This document shows, in pieces, positions 54,447-56,643 of a DNA stretch of 56,643 nucleotides (the stretch's first letter is position 1; each line of letters opens with the position of its first letter). The position numbers were made by a program, and so were the translations under genes. The stretch covers positions 13,903 to 70,545 of the forward strand of contig CAZAOV010000005.1 of assembly GCA_964486995.1 (NCBI GenBank). Reading direction: 5' to 3'. A model generated the notes under the pieces. It was not told the origin of the DNA. It did no database searches and worked only from the letters and a program-made list of their open reading frames with translations. The DNA comes from an uncultured Gammaproteobacteria bacterium (GTDB lineage Bacteria; Patescibacteriota; Patescibacteriia; SG8-24).

Positions 54447-55499
54447 ATGCGAAAAGTATCTGTATTATTAATCGAAGGCGGTCGCTCCGGAGAGCACGAA
54501 GTATCCAAGGCCTCGGCCGATTCCATAGCGCAGGCGCTAGATTCAAGTCGTTATGATCTGGTGCGCGTGACTATCGGTCGTGATGGCGTGTGGCGAAATG
54601 AGCTTGGTGAAATTCGGATATTGTCGCCAGTACCGAAAATTAATCATTTACTCAATGCGGCCGGACAGACGGCCGAGCCAGTTGATGTGGTGTTTCCGAT
54701 AATTCACGGAACATTCGGTGAAGACGGCTGCCTACAGGGTTTGCTCGAATTGGCCGAACTGCCATATGTCGGTAGCGGAGTGCTTGGTTCATCCATCGGC
54801 ATGGATAAGGTTCAGCAGAAGCGCGTTCTGCGTGATGCCGGCATTCCGGTCGTTGATCATATTTGTTTTAGAAATCAGGATTGGATGACTCGAAGTACAG
54901 ACATTATCACAGAGATAGAAACCCAACTCGGTTATGCTAATTTTGTGAAGCCGGTGAACATGGGTTCGTCGGTTGGAATTACTAAGGCCCATAATGTCGA
55001 GCAGTTGGCCAACGGAATAGAAACAGCCCTCAAATACGACAGCAAAATAATTATTGAGCGAGCCGTGTCTAACCCGCGAGAAATCGAGTGTGCGGTGTTG
55101 GGTGGAGACATTCCACGAGCTTCGGTGCTCGGTGAAATAAAAGCCGGTAATGATTTCTATGATTATGAAGCCAAATATGAGAGCAGTACCACGGAATTAA
55201 TTATCCCGGCCGATCTTTCAGGTGACATGGCCAAAAAACTCAGGCAATTGGCAGTGCGGGTATTTGAGGTGCTTGAAGCGGAGGGTCTTAGCCGTGTCGA
55301 TTTCCTTATCGACGCGAACACCGATGAGATAACGGTGAACGAAATCAATACCTTACCCGGATTCACGCAATTCAGCATGTACCCGAAATTATGGGAAGCG
55401 ACCGGAATTAGCTATAATGAACTACTGGACAAGCTCATCAGTATTGCGCTAGCCAAGGCTAAATCTAAAATGTCATTAGTGAGAGGGCGAGCAACATAG
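54447..55499 (+). CDS. ddl: D-alanine--D-alanine ligase
   Basis: ATP-grasp fold with HGTFGEDGCLQGLLE and NEINTLPGFT motifs. Confidence 0.97.
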   Translation: MRKVSVLLIEGGRSGEHEVSKASADSIAQALDSSRYDLVRVTIGRDGVWRNELGEIRILSPVPKINHLLNAAGQTAEPVDVVFPIIHGTFGEDGCLQGLLELAELPYVGSGVLGSSIGMDKVQQKRVLRDAGIPVVDHICFRNQDWMTRSTDIITEIETQLGYANFVKPVNMGSSVGITKAHNVEQLANGIETALKYDSKIIIERAVSNPREIECAVLGGDIPRASVLGEIKAGNDFYDYEAKYESSTTELIIPADLSGDMAKKLRQLAVRVFEVLEAEGLSRVDFLIDANTDEITVNEINTLPGFTQFSMYPKLWEATGISYNELLDKLISIALAKAKSKMSLVRGRAT

Positions 55500-55551
55500 G
55501 GGGAACCAAATCTGCCAGCCTTAGCGATCATTTAAGCCAAAAACACCATAG

Positions 55552-56574
55552 ATGAAGGTATATCACGGAAAAAATAACCGCAGCGGTATCCGCGACTACA
55601 ACAAGCGTCGATACGGCAATCCACTGTTCGGAGGCAAGAATAAAAGCCGCGGACGAAAGCGAGACTATCGTCAAATCAGACGATGGTTATTCGGAGTTGC
55701 TGTCTTAGGAATTTTTATAACCGGCTTGTGGTACCTGTTTTGGAGTCCCGCCTTCACCATAACGGAAATAGACATCCAGGGTGCCTCGGCTGATACTGAA
55801 TTAATTATCCGTCAGACACTGGAATCACGTTTGAATGATACTAAACTGCTGATTTTTCCTCAGTTTTCGGTTTTTTTGTATGATACTAAATCTGCGTCTG
55901 AAGACATCAAATCTCAGTTTTTCTTGAGTAATTTGGAAATTAGAAAGAAACTGCCACATAGTGTCTTGATTACAGTCGAGGAGCGTACCGCCGTGGCGTC
56001 TTTCTTGGCAGACGGGGAATTTTGGGCCACAGATGAAACTGGATTTATTGTTCGTAAACTGACCAAACGAGAACGAATTTCCATGGTTGATTTACCTGAA
56101 GGCATGGAAGCGGTTGACGCCGGTGAGCTGGGAGCTGTATCGGTCGATGTGGCAGAGATAGAGGGGGAGTCAGTCGAATCAAAACCATACGAAGCACGAC
56201 AAAACAGCAATCCGCTGCCTCTGGTTTTAGATAGAGAAAACTCAAGCAACGAATACGAACCAGGCGATGAAGCGGTTTCTGTCGAAGTGATGACTTTGAT
56301 ATTGCAAACATATGCCCGTCTGCCTGATATTACCGGCACGGGTGTTCGTTGGTTTGCGTTGGAATCGGCGGCTGACACCGTTGATGTTTTTTTGCGGGAA
56401 GGTTGGTATGTCTATCTGACAACAATGGTGCCATTCGATACGCAAAGCGAGCGTTTGGCGTTGGTGATGCGGGAGAAGATAGGCGAGCGACGTTTGGATT
56501 TAGAGTATGTTGATTTGCGCTACGATGAGCGGATATTTTACCGCTTTAAAGATGGAATAGAACCTGAGGAATAA
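55552..56574 (+). CDS. ftsQ: Cell division protein FtsQ/DivIB-like (POTRA)
   Basis: Basic N-terminus, single TM, then POTRA motif ITEIDIQGA...LPHSVLITVEERTAVA. Located downstream of ddl. Confidence 0.8.
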   Translation: MKVYHGKNNRSGIRDYNKRRYGNPLFGGKNKSRGRKRDYRQIRRWLFGVAVLGIFITGLWYLFWSPAFTITEIDIQGASADTELIIRQTLESRLNDTKLLIFPQFSVFLYDTKSASEDIKSQFFLSNLEIRKKLPHSVLITVEERTAVASFLADGEFWATDETGFIVRKLTKRERISMVDLPEGMEAVDAGELGAVSVDVAEIEGESVESKPYEARQNSNPLPLVLDRENSSNEYEPGDEAVSVEVMTLILQTYARLPDITGTGVRWFALESAADTVDVFLREGWYVYLTTMVPFDTQSERLALVMREKIGERRLDLEYVDLRYDERIFYRFKDGIEPEE

Positions 56575-56643
56575 ATCTTGCAAACAATGTGTTAGGATTG
56601 CAGCAATTAGGGTTACCTTTTCTCGTCAAAGGGTGTAAAGTGG

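Overview
This 56.6 kb window looks like a gene-dense stretch of a small bacterial chromosome. The gene content resembles a reduced-genome, Patescibacteria/CPR-like organism, but I cannot confirm taxonomy from sequence alone. Most of it is housekeeping: oligoendopeptidase F; an Rrf2-regulated SUF Fe-S cluster (sufB-D-S-U-C); two convergent GT4 glycosyltransferases; glutaredoxin; thiI-rsmI-metG-cvpA; two tatD paralogs; a complete F1Fo ATP synthase operon (atpZ-B-E-F-H-A-G-D-C); a UvrD-type helicase fused to a RecB/Cas4-like nuclease; mreBCD-PBP2; and greA, lysS, rdgB, serS, alr, ddl and ftsQ. I recognised no rRNA, tRNA, CRISPR array, transposase or integrase. Seven things stand out. (1) At about 25.6-30.1 kb, four unknown genes each have their own promoter and terminator, and three of them (about 25.6-29.3 kb) look GC3-rich by eye. 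One encodes a strongly diverged adenylosuccinate-synthetase (PurA/PurZ-family) enzyme with substitutions at catalytic motif positions. (2) A near-identical 36-40 nt sequence sits directly upstream of the ATG of five unrelated genes that lack Shine-Dalgarno sites, and the atp operon has unusually long, repeat-laden spacers. (3) A 1.2 kb cassette encoding two paralogous double ribbon-helix-helix proteins is flanked by a perfect 17-nt direct repeat. (4) Short tandem repeats of 7-8 nt (3-4 copies, CAGGAG-like core) occur both inside essential coding sequences (alr, helicase) and in intergenic hairpins. (5) There are two tandem paralogous PD-(D/E)XK nucleases. (6) There is a decayed leucyl-aminopeptidase gene remnant. 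(7) Two GC-rich structured non-coding elements have no assignable family. All coordinates come from reading the sequence and ORF track by eye. No database search, fold computation or GC calculation was run.
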